A stretch of 64,000 nucleotides of DNA, taken from positions 54,002,001 to 54,066,000 of the forward strand of contig NC_043012.1 in the NCBI RefSeq assembly GCF_006345805.1, given 5' to 3'. Source of the DNA: Octopus sinensis. Lineage: Eukaryota. Each line of letters opens with the position of its first letter. Position 1 is the stretch's first letter. This document shows, piece by piece, positions 40,412 to 52,045 of this stretch. Position numbers and translations under genes: made by a program. The notes below the pieces were generated by a model, which was given only the letters and a program-made list of their open reading frames with translations, was not told the DNA's origin and did no database searches.

Positions 40412-40487
<76 letters not shown>

Positions 40488-40628
40488 AGAATTTACGAAA
40501 AGAACAACAAAAGACGAAGACAGGTGGTGTACAAAACAAACAGATGTATTAGTATAACGCTCAGGAATAGAAAAAGTCTTTTACGTTTCGAGACTACACT
40601 CTTCTACAGAAAGGGACACAGAAAACAA

Positions 40629-40991
40629 CAAGTAGTAATGCAATACGACCGTTTCAAGTGGCTCCATTTAATTGAGCAAAGCAATCATTTCACCAATATA
40701 AATACAGTGCTATCTTCAGCTACAATAGTGACAACATGAATTTTCTTCCATCTTCTTACTCTGTTAGATATTTAAGAAAAATTATATTAATATATTGTTA
40801 TATTTCGGAATGGTCATTTTGCCAGTTTAGCCAATAAAAGTAATATATTAATATATCCTGCCTGTTGAAATTCCATATATATAAAAAAAAATTGGTGCAG
40901 CTAAAGATAGCACTGTATTTAAATTGATGGAATGATTGCATTGTTCAGTTAAATGGAACTGTTTGAAACGGTCGTACTGCATTGCTACTTG
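40629..40991. mobile_element. Inverted-repeat element with two long-stem-II hammerhead motifs
   Basis: Arms about 40629-40745 and 40867-40991. Minus arm: tgtag CTGAAGA ...about 57 nt... GAAA cggtcg TA ttgca. Plus arm: tgcag CTAAAGA ... GAAA cggtcg TA ctgca. Confidence 0.65.
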
Positions 40992-41077
40992 ATATCCTGT
41001 TGCTTTTGATTTTAGTTACCTTACTTTGAGCTGTGCAGATAATACCGGACTGACTAAGTACCTAATTCAACTGAATC

Positions 41078-41147
<70 letters not shown>

Positions 41148-41157
41148 TATATATATA

Positions 41158-41188
<31 letters not shown>

Positions 41189-41207
41189 ATATATATATAT
41201 ACATAAA

Positions 41208-41400
41208 TATAGGGAGAGTTTACGAAAAAAACAAAAGACGAAGACAAGTGGTGTACAAAACAAACAGATGTATTAGTATAACGCTCAGGAATAGAAAAAA
41301 TATTTTACGTTTCGAGCCTACGCTCTTCTACAGAAAGGGACACAGAAAAAACAAGGAGAGAAAAAAATATGTGTAGTGGCTAACGATTTATCATGGCGAC
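41208..41400 (-). mobile_element. Family P1 copy between two (TA)n tracts
   Basis: Reverse complement of the 9862-10040 element, containing cgtttcgagcctacgctcttctacagaaag. Confidence 0.75.
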
Positions 41401-41406
41401 TAGTGC

Positions 41407-41445
<39 letters not shown>

Positions 41446-41449
41446 TTCA

Positions 41450-41700
41450 CACACACGGAAGGAAAGTGCTCGAATACTGAAGGTAGAGTAATATGCTTCT
41501 TTTTTTTTTAATTAAAGCTGCAAAAGTATCACAAGAAATGCTACTCAAAGTTTCACGTTCCCGCTCATCAGGCAGCTGTGATCAAGAATAGGATAAAATT
41601 CTATTCTATTCCTGATCACAACTGCCCGACGAGCGAGTACATGAAACTCTGATTAGTAGCTTTTGTGATGTTTTTGCAGCGTTAATAAAACAGTATACAT
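41450..41700. mobile_element. Second copy of the inverted hammerhead-pair element; minus-strand arm has a canonical core
   Basis: Minus strand of 41530-41580 reads agctgc CTGATGA gcg-ggaa-cgt GAAA ct-ttg-ag TA gca. Plus arm 41617-41670 reads actgc CCGACGA gcgagtacat GAAA ctctgat TA gtag. Shares the leader (ggtagagtaatatgctt) with 2385-2615. Confidence 0.7.
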
Positions 41701-42465
41701 ATATATATTAAGTGATAGGAAGAGAGAGAGAGAAAAGAAAGAGACGCAGATAGGGTATGTCAAATACTATACAATAAAAATCTGATATTTTAATTCATAA
41801 TTTTAGGGTGGTGGATTGGCAGAACCATTAGGGCCTCTCATGCCCAACCTTGCCCAGGGTCGTTATAATCGAAGCATTATAATCGACTAAACCCCACTCT
41901 TTAAAACTGCTGACATTTTGCCTAAATTAGAAGCAACTAAACTGCATATCTAATACTACATTATATGATCTGTCTTTAGTTGTAGCTCTTTTTAAGACAG
42001 CCAGCTGTGATTTGAGGGCTATTTGCCTTGTCTTTCTACCAAATTGAGCTATCCTAAGAAATTTCTTTCTTTCGTTGGCTCGTTTGGCTATTAACATTTG
42101 TCACTGTACCGAAGTACTATTTTTCTTTCTCAACATACCAGAATAAGACAATAATTTAAGTCTGATGTCACAGCAGTTTCTGTCATCTAAGCTTCTCATT
42201 AATTATTGATTTCAAATATTATTTCATGTGTTTTATATTTTAAATCCAGCACATACAAAGGTGATGCCCCAGCATGGCCGCAGTCCAAGATTAAAACCAA
42301 TATAATTATAAAATAACCTTCACTGAACTTGCATTAATCTTATCTGATGCAAATATTATAAATTTTTTTCAGAGAAAAAGTATTTTTTTCTGTCGCTTAT
42401 CTGACTTTTTAATAAAAATCTCTAAGTTGTCATTTGCACATAGATTTCTATTTTTGGTTTTGTAG

Positions 42466-42825
42466 GAATTAACATTACCGCCAAAATAGTCGAAGGCAAA
42501 GGCCGTTTTAAACCAGACAGACCTCTTAGAACATATATTGGCCAAATATATATTACGTCTCCTCACATGACCGCAACTGTCACGCCGCACAAAATAACCT
42601 TTAACAACCATATATTTACATGGGATAACGAGACAGGTGTGACGTCATCCAGCTCGACGTTGGGCATAAATGGCAGAGGCAAATATATGGAATTTGGAAT
42701 TTCTAAAGGCCAAAAACTGCTCATAAGAAGAAATTTGGAATCTAAGATGGCACCAAATGAAGGTTATTTGGATTTCTTCGTGATTTCTGGCAAAGGATTT
42801 TCAAAAGAAGCGTCAGGAATAATCG
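42466..42825 (+). CDS. ITIH-like gene, exon encoding the core of the heavy-chain C-terminal domain
   Basis: tttttggttttgtAG acceptor, GTATGT donor, 360 nt, phase 1-1. Translates (R)INITAKIVEGKGRFKPDRPLRTYIGQIYITSPHMTATVTPHKITF...GYLDFFVISGKGFSKEASGII(G), matching the ITIH patterns RTY.G.I.I and YL.F......FS....G.IG. Overlaps ORF 42567..42851. Confidence 0.92.
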
Positions 42826-43047
42826 GTATGTCCTTTTTACTCTTTCGATAATTACTGCGTCAAATTTTTGAGAATTTCTTTTCAGTTTCGTGAAAACCTT
42901 TTATGGTTCCAGATTTTCTTGGTCGTGCTGGTACTGAATAAACCTCAACCACAAAAATAAAGAAAACTTTCATTACAAAACCTGCTTTGATACTTTAGAA
43001 TTTCCATAACTTGTTTCTGAAAGTGAAATTTATTGTATAGAACTATA

Positions 43048-43430
43048 GGCGTAGGAGTGGCTGTGTGGTAAGTAGGCTGCTTACCAACCGCATGGTTCCG
43101 GGTGGCGCCTTGGGCAAGTGTATTCTACCATAGCCTCCGGCCTACCAAAGCCTTGTGAGTGGATTTGGTTGACGGAAACTCAAAGAAGCTCGTCGTATAT
43201 ATGTATATATGTATGTGTGTATTTGCTGGCGTGTCTGTGTTTGTTCCCCCAACATCGCTTGACAACCGATTCTGGTGTGTTTACGTCCCCGTAACTTAAC
43301 GATTCGGCAAAAGTGACCGATAGAATAAGTACTAGGCTTACAAAGAATAAGTCCCAGGATCGATTTGCTCGACTAAAAGTGGTGCTCCAGCATGGCCGCA
43401 GTCAAATGACTGAAATAAGTAAAAGAGTAA
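43048..43430 (+). mobile_element. SINE family B
   Basis: Full-length match starting ggcgtaggagtggctgtgtgg. Confidence 0.88.
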
Positions 43431-44774
43431 CTATTAATAATTTTGTATTCTGACACTATAGGCTAAAATAGTTTTGATAATCTCTAAATGTAGATTATAG
43501 CGGTGTGGCACTATTGATTAAGTGGGTTATAGTATTATGCAATCATAGACAGTACTAATTTACCGTAAGGTTGCACTATTGGTTATAGTAAATTGGCACT
43601 TACAACAGGTTCCTTCCTATCGTGCAGAACTACACTAAAAGTGTAAAATAGTTTGGTACTATAGACAGTAATATTAATGCAATATTTGATTATAGCACGT
43701 TACAGTATTATACCCACGTAGATTATAGTAAGGTAGCACTGTTGCTTATCGTATGTTATATTAATCTGGCACTTACCATAGATTCCAGGAGAGCGGAGTT
43801 TCACTACTATAGAAATGCAAAATAGTGTGGTAGTCTAAGCTGTAGTACTATTTCAGCATTTACCATATATGTATATATATATGCCAGTGTTTTACCCAGT
43901 GTAGTACTTAAAAATTCTAAGAAACTCTGTTACCAAAATAACCACTGCATCGATTGCTGTATTCGTAATGAGTCTGTACCATCTATATACCTACATATAC
44001 CTGCAAATAAAAATCTTGTAATTACTGCGTAAAAGATAATACTCTTTAAAGATGTAGTTACTTCATTGGTTGACCAACGTACCTGTATAAAAGTCTGTCA
44101 GCAACATTTTATAGTTAACTATAAATGAGCTGAGCGGGAAGCTAAAGTAATTGACCAGAGCGAAGAGGGAACTGGAACCGTCTCCCGTTTCACTTTATAC
44201 CCGGAAATAAAACTCAGCATAAAATTTATCTTTCACTCTTACAGATGCTATATATCTTACCAAGATATTTATATTTGTTTAATGAGTTCCGAACGATTGA
44301 GAGATTAAACAGCATTTTGCTGCACTGCAGTGCCATGTTGCACTACGTTATACACACACGAGTGAGTAGGCAAGTGAAAGAAAATGGCACTCAATAGTAG
44401 GTATTCTAACGTCATCATGTGACCACACACATACACTCTTGCCGACCTTACTCCGGTCAGATTCCAAGTCCCCACAAAAGCCCGTCAGATATCATGACCC
44501 CCCCAACAGCTTCCTGTCTAGCCATGCGGTCCACGAAAATCTCCTTTCTAATGTAAACCGACGCCGCTGCTATATTGATCTCCCTTCCACCTGCTTTGAC
44601 CAGTAGTGGCCCATTTTCCAGTAGCGATCTTGGATTTCCTGTAGTTCTCCTTCGGTAATCTGAACCTAAACGACGCAGATTTCTGTTAGAAGACTGCGAA
44701 ACTTTATGTCGCATGGAGCCGAATGAGATATTATTATTATTATCATCATCATTTCATATCTATATATATCAAGT

Positions 44775-44975
44775 TAATCTCAACATGAAAACACAAAGAG
44801 AAACCACAACAACGCGAGGACGTGGAACAAGTATAGTGTTATTGGACGCTCTGGAAAGGAAAGAAAGAAGGAGGATTTAACGCTTCGAGCGGAGCTCTTC
44901 GTTAGAAACATAGATCCAAGAAAGAGAAGACGGAGGGAAAGAAATCGCCAACGGTACACACGCGGTCACATTTTG
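44775..44975 (-). mobile_element. P1 sister subfamily element
   Basis: Minus strand reads gttt CTAACGA a gagc-tcc-gctc GAAG cgt TA aat, with short (TA)n at both sides; homologous to 47595-47790. Confidence 0.65.
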
Positions 44976-44986
44976 GATATATATAT

Positions 44987-45688
44987 GTGTAAGGAAAATA
45001 ATGTAATGTAGAAAATGCTAAAATAATTTTATCATGCAGAATATTTTAGTACCGGTTTCAGCCTTTGCGACTTTTCAGCTTAAGGTAAAGCATGAAAAGA
45101 AATTGGGGAAAAATTAAATGAAATGTTTTTTTTTTATATTTCCATAGTTTTCAAATACAAGGGACATTTCCCTTTTTTTCTGTCTGTCTCTCTCTTTTTT
45201 TATTCTTGTGGGGGCTTGGTAGCAGGTAGTAGCAGTCCTAATATTTGATAGGAGTCCTTGATTTTGATTGATTAAGCAGCAGTAGTAGCTGAGGGATGAG
45301 GCAGAGAAGAAGAAGAAGAAGAAGAAGAAGAAGAAGAAGAAGAAGAAGAAGAAGAAGAAGAAGAAGAAGAAGAGAAAAAATAATAAAAATGCGGGACTGG
45401 TATGACACTTGACCATTGAAGAGGATTCCACCAACATCCTATTACTGCCATACCACTCTTTCAGAAGAGTAAGTAAGAGAGACAAAGAAAAAAGGAAAAT
45501 GTTCCTTGCACTTGAAAAACTATGGAAATATTCTAAAAAACATTTCATTTTATTATTCTACAATTTAATTGCTTTTCATATGTTATTCTAAGTTGAAAAA
45601 GTCGCAAAGTCTGAAACCGGTACTAAAACGTTCTTCATGATAAAATTATTTTAGCATGTTCTACCTTGACTTAAATTCCTTATACATA
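44987..45688. mobile_element. Inverted-repeat element (about 200-bp arms around a (GAA)n tract) with hammerhead-like motifs
   Basis: Arms about 44987-45195 and 45478-45688 are diverged reverse complements. Plus arm: ag TTGAAAA agtc-gcaaa-gtct GAAA ccgg TA ct. Minus arm: ag CTGAAAA gtc-gcaaa-ggct GAAA ccgg TA ct. Confidence 0.6.
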
Positions 45689-45717
45689 TCAACTCGTGTG
45701 TTCCTTTTCAACCTTCA

Positions 45718-45753
<36 letters not shown>

Positions 45754-46599
45754 CAGATAGGTAGATAGATCCACACATATGCTTTGGTCGGCCCGAGGCT
45801 ATACTAGAAGAGACTTGCCCAAGGTACCACGCTGTGAGAATGAATCTGGAACCATGTGGTTGGTAAGCAAGCTACTTACCACACAGCCACTCTTACGCAT
45901 ATTGATCAAATTTTTAAGTTCTATTTTTAAAAAACAAAATGTGTTTGCTTTAAAGACATATCCTTTTAATATACGTTCATACTGTTAAACTGGTTTTGAA
46001 TGAAATGTCAGTAGTCATTTTGGTTTAGTTTTCATTGCTGATCGTCACTGAACTGCCATCTTGCTGCTATTTCTAGCACATCGAGTGACTGTGTCGAGGC
46101 TCCCTCGTGGTTTAGAGATATTCAGTAGCTACAACAAATGCCGTAGGCTTGTCAGTAAATACATAGCAATGATTATATAATGCATTATAGTGCGTAAGAG
46201 TCAATTACGTGTAATTACTCATACCGAATCTATTAATTAATCTGCTCTTATAATGCATTATAAAATTACGGTCAATTAAGAATTTCCTGATAGTTTGGAT
46301 ATCAGCGCGTTCCTTAGAATTAGTTGGAAATTAAATTTACCTGAAACAATGTCATTTTAAGAGTCATAATAGGGAGCTTTTGACCTGTATTTCCATGAAA
46401 GGCTGTGAGGAACATGTACCACAATGTAAAAGTAAATGGATTTTCCGTCGGTTTCGGCGATGATTTCTCCAGTTGTTCATTCAACGGAAACCAACTGCAA
46501 AGGCAATGTGTACAGCGCCTTCCTACAAACCAAAATAAAAAAAAAGAAATAGTGTCTGAGTATTCCGCAGCAATATATATATATAACTTAATAATCAGG

Positions 46600-47200
46600 C
46601 GGCGAATTGGCAGAGTCGTTAGAACGTCAGATAAAATGTTTTGCGTTATTCGTTCTGTATCCTCGCTTTCTGAGTTCAATTTCCGTTCAGGTCAACTTTG
46701 TCTCTTATTCTGAGTAAAATACAAAACACTAAGGACTCCATATAATTGACACAAACCCTTGAAGGCGTGCTCCAGCATGATCGCAAAGCTGTGACCAAAA
46801 TCCGTAAGAGAATAAACACAATATTTATATTGCTTAAGTGAGCTGACAGAACCGTTAGTACGTCAGGCAAAATGCTCAGAGGTATTTCGTCTGCCGCTAC
46901 GTTCTGAGTTCAAATTCCGCCGAGGTCGACTTTGCCTTTCATCCTTGCGGAGTCGATATAATCGATTTAATCCGTTTGTCTGTCCTTGTTTGTCCTCTCT
47001 GTGTTTAGACCCTTGTGGGTAGTGAAGAAATAGGTATTTTGTTCGTCTTTACATTCTGAAGTTAAATGTCACCGGGGTCGGCTTTGCCTTTCATCGTCTC
47101 GGGATCGATAACGTAAGTATCACTTGAACACTGGGGATCAATGTAATCGATGAACCCCCTTCTCCCGAAATTGCTGGCCTCGTGCCAACATTCGAAACCA
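46600..47200 (+). mobile_element. Family A SINE cluster (partial head, full copy and second arm)
   Basis: Consensus matches near 46600, 46840 and 47035. Confidence 0.75.
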
Positions 47201-47425
47201 ATTTTTATATTGTTTATGTTATTCTTATAATAAATACATCAATGGGAAATAAACATGTCACATAAGTGTGGTATATAAATTATTGAAATAATTTCTCCGA
47301 ATCGACAGTGACTGTAATTTGCTCGGTGAGAGTCTGGGTTCAAATCCAACTTAATGTACTGAACTTTGATATAAAAAAGAAAAAGTACATAGCAAAGTGT
47401 AGTGAGGTTTGTTAAAACTACATCA

Positions 47426-47846
47426 GGCGTAGGAGTGGCTGTGTGGTAAGTAGCTTGCTTACTAACCACATGGTTCCGGGTTCAGTCCCACTGCGTTGCG
47501 CCTTAGGCAAGTGTGTTCAACTGAAACCTCAGGCCGACCAAAGCCTTGTGAGTGGATTTGGTAGACGGAAACTGAAAGAAACTCGTCGTATAATGTGACC
47601 GCGTGTGTACTGTTGGCGATTTTTTTCCTCTGTCTTCCCTTCTCTGGATTTTTCCTTCTCCTATGTTTCCGACGAAGAGCTCCGCTCAAAACGTTAAACT
47701 CTCCTTCTTTCCTGAGCGTCCAATAATACTATATTTGTTCCACGTCCTCGAGTTGTAGTGTTTTTTGTGCTTTCATGTTTGGATAAACTATATATATATA
47801 TATGTCTGTGTGTGTGTGTGTCTGTGTGTGTGTCTGTGTGTGTGCG

Positions 47847-47907
<61 letters not shown>

Positions 47908-48105
47908 CGGTGTTTGTCCCCCCAACATCGCTTGACAACCGATGCTGGTGTGTCTAGATCCCCGTAACTTAGTGGTTCGGCAAAAGACACCGATAGAATA
48001 AGTACTAGGCTTACAAAGAATAAGTCCTGTGGTCGATTTACTCGACTAAAGGCGGTGCTCCAGTACGGCCACATTCAAATGACTGAAACAAGTAAAAGAG
48101 TAAAG
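47426..48105 (+). mobile_element. SINE family B with nested P1-like insertion
   Basis: Head 47426-47590 and tail 47905-48105 are split by the 47595-47790 element and (GT)n. Confidence 0.85.
47595..47790 (+). mobile_element. P1 sister subfamily element nested in the internal microsatellite of a family B SINE
   Basis: gttt CCGACGA a gagc-tcc-gctc AAAA cgt TA aac. A homologous copy lies at 44775-44975 on the minus strand. Confidence 0.65.
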
Positions 48106-48374
48106 AATATAAGAAATTTGTAGAATAAAATTTTTATATCTTTTACTTCTTTCAGCCTGTTCGAATCCAGTACTTATTTTCTAAAGTCTGGCATTCATTC
48201 TATCAGAATGTTCTATCAAACCGCTAAGTTTGGTGGATGTAAACAAACTGATACCAGTTGTCAAGCCGTGGGGGAGATATCCACAGGGTGTTTGCGATGT
48301 AATTTGAAGTGTGTATGTGTGTGCGTGTGTGTGTGTTCGTTGGCATTTGTATGTAGACGGAGTCGAATGTGTGT

Positions 48375-48752
48375 CCATCCGCTCCTCACCGTGGTGGGGA
48401 CGCTGGCAACGGGTAGTGTCAGAGCCATGCCGTCGGCAACTTCGGTTCCTGGTAGGGCCACCCAAGGCGGATTGGTCTGACACCGAGTGGTATTAGGGCC
48501 ACAACCCGGCAGACGGGGCTCTGGTGAAAATCCTCGGTGTGTCGGTTTCGGCAACCGGCGGCTCCTTGGTCGTTCTGTCCCTGTGTCTGCGGACAATCTA
48601 CGGCAAACAGGATGTCTCTATATGCGGGATTGTTGGGGACCACTTGTAAAGTCCACATATTCCCACGAAACTTCTTCGATACCTCGAGGATGGTAGAAGA
48701 AGCCGACTCAACCCGCCCAGGGTGAATGTCGCCACAAGTACAAGTACAAGTA
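48375..48752 (+). mobile_element. Bipartite non-autonomous RTE derivative (RTE 5' UTR motif fused to an RTE 3' end)
   Basis: GC-rich. Contains gagccatgcc...tagggccacccaaggcgg...ggtc, resembling the BovB/RTE 5' UTR motif as I recall it. Ends with MVEEADSTRPG-stop and an (acaagt)x3 tail. Confidence 0.6.
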
Positions 48753-48759
48753 TGTGTGG

Positions 48760-49205
48760 ACATGTGTATGGGTGCGTGTGTGTGCCCTACTTTCTCTGTG
48801 TCACTCTTTCTGTCGGTCTTTCTCTTCGTATATATGTATGTGTGTACGTGTGTTCGTGTGTGCGTGTGGATATGTGTGTGTATGAGCGTGTGAGTGAGTG
48901 CAGAAGTGTATGTATGTGTGCACGTGTGTGCGGTGTGTGTGTGGAGCTATATGTGCGTTCGTGTATGTGTATGTGCATGTGTGTGTGCGTGTGTGTGTGT
49001 ATGCGTGTATTTACGTTCGTGTATGTATGTGTGTGCATGCGTGTATGTACGTGTGTATGTGTGTGCTTGTATGCGGTGTTGTGTGTGGAGGTATATGTAC
49101 GTTTTGTTTGCGTGCGCGCGTGTGTGCATGCATGTGTGCGTTTGCGTTGTGTGTGCGGAGACATATGTGCTTTCATGCGTGTGCGTGCGTGTGTGTGTGT
49201 GCGTC
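48760..49205. repeat. Degenerate (GT)n/(RY)n tract
   Basis: Directly visible. Confidence 0.9.
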
Positions 49206-49629
49206 AATGTACTGAGTAGTGGGAACGAACACGAAATCACGCGGTTAGAAAGCGAGCTTCTTAACCACGTAGCTACGTTTGACCCTATTGTGGACATACT
49301 ATACCATCAGTTTCTTTCAATAGCTACGGATTTGATTAAAGTGTTTGTTATATACATCTTATTTTCAACATATCCTCGACATTTCTAATAACATAGTCAC
49401 AATGTAGAGTCAAATGAAAGGAACCACTATAATGTGATGGACACTTAATGTAGCTTTTTTCCAAAGTATATTCACTTTTTGACGTAAAAAGAAAATAGAT
49501 TACAGCTCTCACCGAGACAGAATTGTTAAGTGCATAACAAAGAATATAGTTTTCAAAGATATTAACTCCTTTGTCTGTGTCTTAGATAACTTAGATAACT
49601 TAAATATGTTTCGACCAAAGATATGTTTC

Positions 49630-49916
49630 CAGCAACGCCTGGCTGATAAGGGCCGGTTTCCCGGTTTCTTCGGCGTATAGGTTCCCCACCTGGACGGGAC
49701 GCCGGTCCGTCGCAGGTGAGCTGCAAGATGCAGGAGGAAAGAGTGAGAGAAAGTTGTGGCGAAAGACTCAGCAGAAGTTCGCCATTACCTTCTGCCGGAG
49801 CCGCGTGGAGCTTAGGTATTTCGCTCATAAACACACACATCGACCAGTCTCAGATTCGAACCCGCGATCCCCCCCACCGCGAGTCCACTGCTCTAACCAC
49901 TAGGCCATGTGCCTCC
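49630..49916 (-). mobile_element. SINE family C-related, body type 3
   Basis: Homologous to 37410-37711. Confidence 0.85.
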
Positions 49917-49919
49917 ACT

Positions 49920-50230
49920 TGGTCCGACCATGTCTAACTTAATAGCACCACCTGATACGATTAGCTAAATCCTTTTAAAGTCAAGTTTCGTGGTATCATG
50001 ATCCATTCGAGTAGGGAGTTCTCATTGATTGAGTTTTATCCAGGTATAGATGGCTTATCTGGTATTCCTTGAAGAAATTTGTCCAGGTTCCACTTAAAGG
50101 TAATGGGATCCTTTTCCTCTTTGATCTGTTTCGGGACAATGTTAAAGAGGGCAGAGCCTGTTGAGCAACAGAGATTTTGTTGCAGTGTATTTATGTGTTG
50201 TGATTCTGAATTATGTATATCATGAGTTTC
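49920..50230 (-). mobile_element. 3' end of a CR1/L2-group LINE
   Basis: Minus ORF ...TGSALFNIVPKQIKEEKDPITFKWNLDKFLQGIPDKPSIPG matches the G..LFN.LP...FK..LD..L..IPD.P terminus of CR1-group ORF2. Confidence 0.75.
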
Positions 50231-51644
50231 TCTAAATTTTCGACATTCTTTTTCAAAATATTCGAAAAGAGATTTGGGGCGTGTCATGGTCTTTGACTTT
50301 AATAATTATAAGGAATGGAAAGGAATCACTGCATGATCTATCTTTAATATCATTCCGCTACAGTTCGATTACGCTTATAAAGCCATAGCTAGAAGCTCTC
50401 TCTCGCTCTGTATCTATCTATCTTTCTCCCTCTTTCTTTCTTTCTTTCTTTCTCTTTCTTTCTTTCTCCCTCATTCTTTCTTTCTCCCTCTCTCTCTCTA
50501 TCTATCTATCTATTTCTCGGTTGCGACGACGCGGGTCCCAGTTGATCCGATGAACGGAACAGCCTGCTCGTAACTTAATATTTCCCATAACTTAACATTT
50601 CGGCATAAAAGAAACCGGAAACGAATAAGTAATACTGGGGTCGATTCTTCATTCGACTAAAAATTCTTCTGGACGGTGCCCCATCATGACCACAGTAAAG
50701 TAAAAGATAAAAGATAACACACACACACACATACATATATAACAAAAACAAATATCTAACCCCATAAAAAACCGAAACTGATGGTGTAACTGGAGTCGTC
50801 ATATGGCTGAATTGTCAGCGCACCGGCCAAAATGCTGAGCGGGGTTCAAGTTCTGCCAACGTCGACTTTGCCTTTCATAATTTCAGGCTCAATAAATTAA
50901 GTACCAGTAAAATACTTAGGTCGATATTTGTGACTTAACTCCGCCTCCAAAATGTCAGGCCTTGTGCCTATAGCAAAAAAGGAGTATTATACTGTTGTGA
51001 AAGAAGGACTTTGCCGTCGGGCCTCGAAAAGCTGGCGTATTTCCATAAATCAAAGCAAAACTCTGATGGTTTTGTAGTTGTCCCATCAATTAGAACAACC
51101 ACATCGACAGCAACTGGTGAATGAGAAAAAACCAGCAATATAATCGATGATGTTGACACATCGACTGCGGTGTTTAGGACGTACTCAAGAGGAAAGAAGA
51201 CAGATTTCCTTGTTTAACAGTCGGGAAAAGACCATGTGGTTATCTTTTTCGCTGTCACGAAGACCAGCAAAAATCAGTCTTCAAAATGGCTGAAAGTGAG
51301 ACAAAAACATGACAAACCGAAGCCTACTACAACCATTGATATTTTTTTTAAGTAATAAAAGAAAAAAAACCATCAGAAGAGAAAACGAGCTAAAAATGCA
51401 AAGTTGACAAAAAAAGAAAAAACGCAAGAGACGATCACATACTTTCTACTATCTCTTAGCTACCACCTCTGCTTTCGTCGAATTAGCACGAGATTAGGCC
51501 TTCTTAGTCGCCACTGACATCAAAATGGAGAAACCGTTCTACTACGGGAAATTGGATTGCTCGGATACGAGAAACAGCCAAAGATGACGACGATATATAC
51601 ACACGCACACACAGGCGTATATATACATGGTGTACTTCTAATTC

Positions 51645-51871
51645 AGTATATATATATATTCATATATACATACGTGTATTTATGTGTATGTATATATATA
51701 TATATATCATACATATATATTCATATATACATACGTATATATATATATATATTCATATATACATACGTGTATTTATGTGTATGTATATATATATATATAT
51801 CATACATATAATATTCATATATACATACGTATATATATATTATATATTCAATATACATACATACGTGTATG

Positions 51872-51913
<42 letters not shown>

Positions 51914-51932
51914 CATATTCATGTATACATAC

Positions 51933-51980
<48 letters not shown>

Positions 51981-52006
51981 TACATATACATTCATATATA
52001 CATACG

Positions 52007-52042
<36 letters not shown>

Positions 52043-52045
52043 TGA
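51645..52045. repeat. TA-rich array with a higher-order unit (attcatatatacatacgt)
   Basis: The unit recurs at least five times. Confidence 0.9.

Noticed and set aside
43480-43900. Degenerate internal duplication of about 200 bp
   Set aside because: Too diverged to define a unit or assign a class by eye.
44457-44714. 85-aa minus-strand ORF in moderately GC-rich sequence
   Set aside because: No recognisable domain or splice context; probably a repeat remnant.
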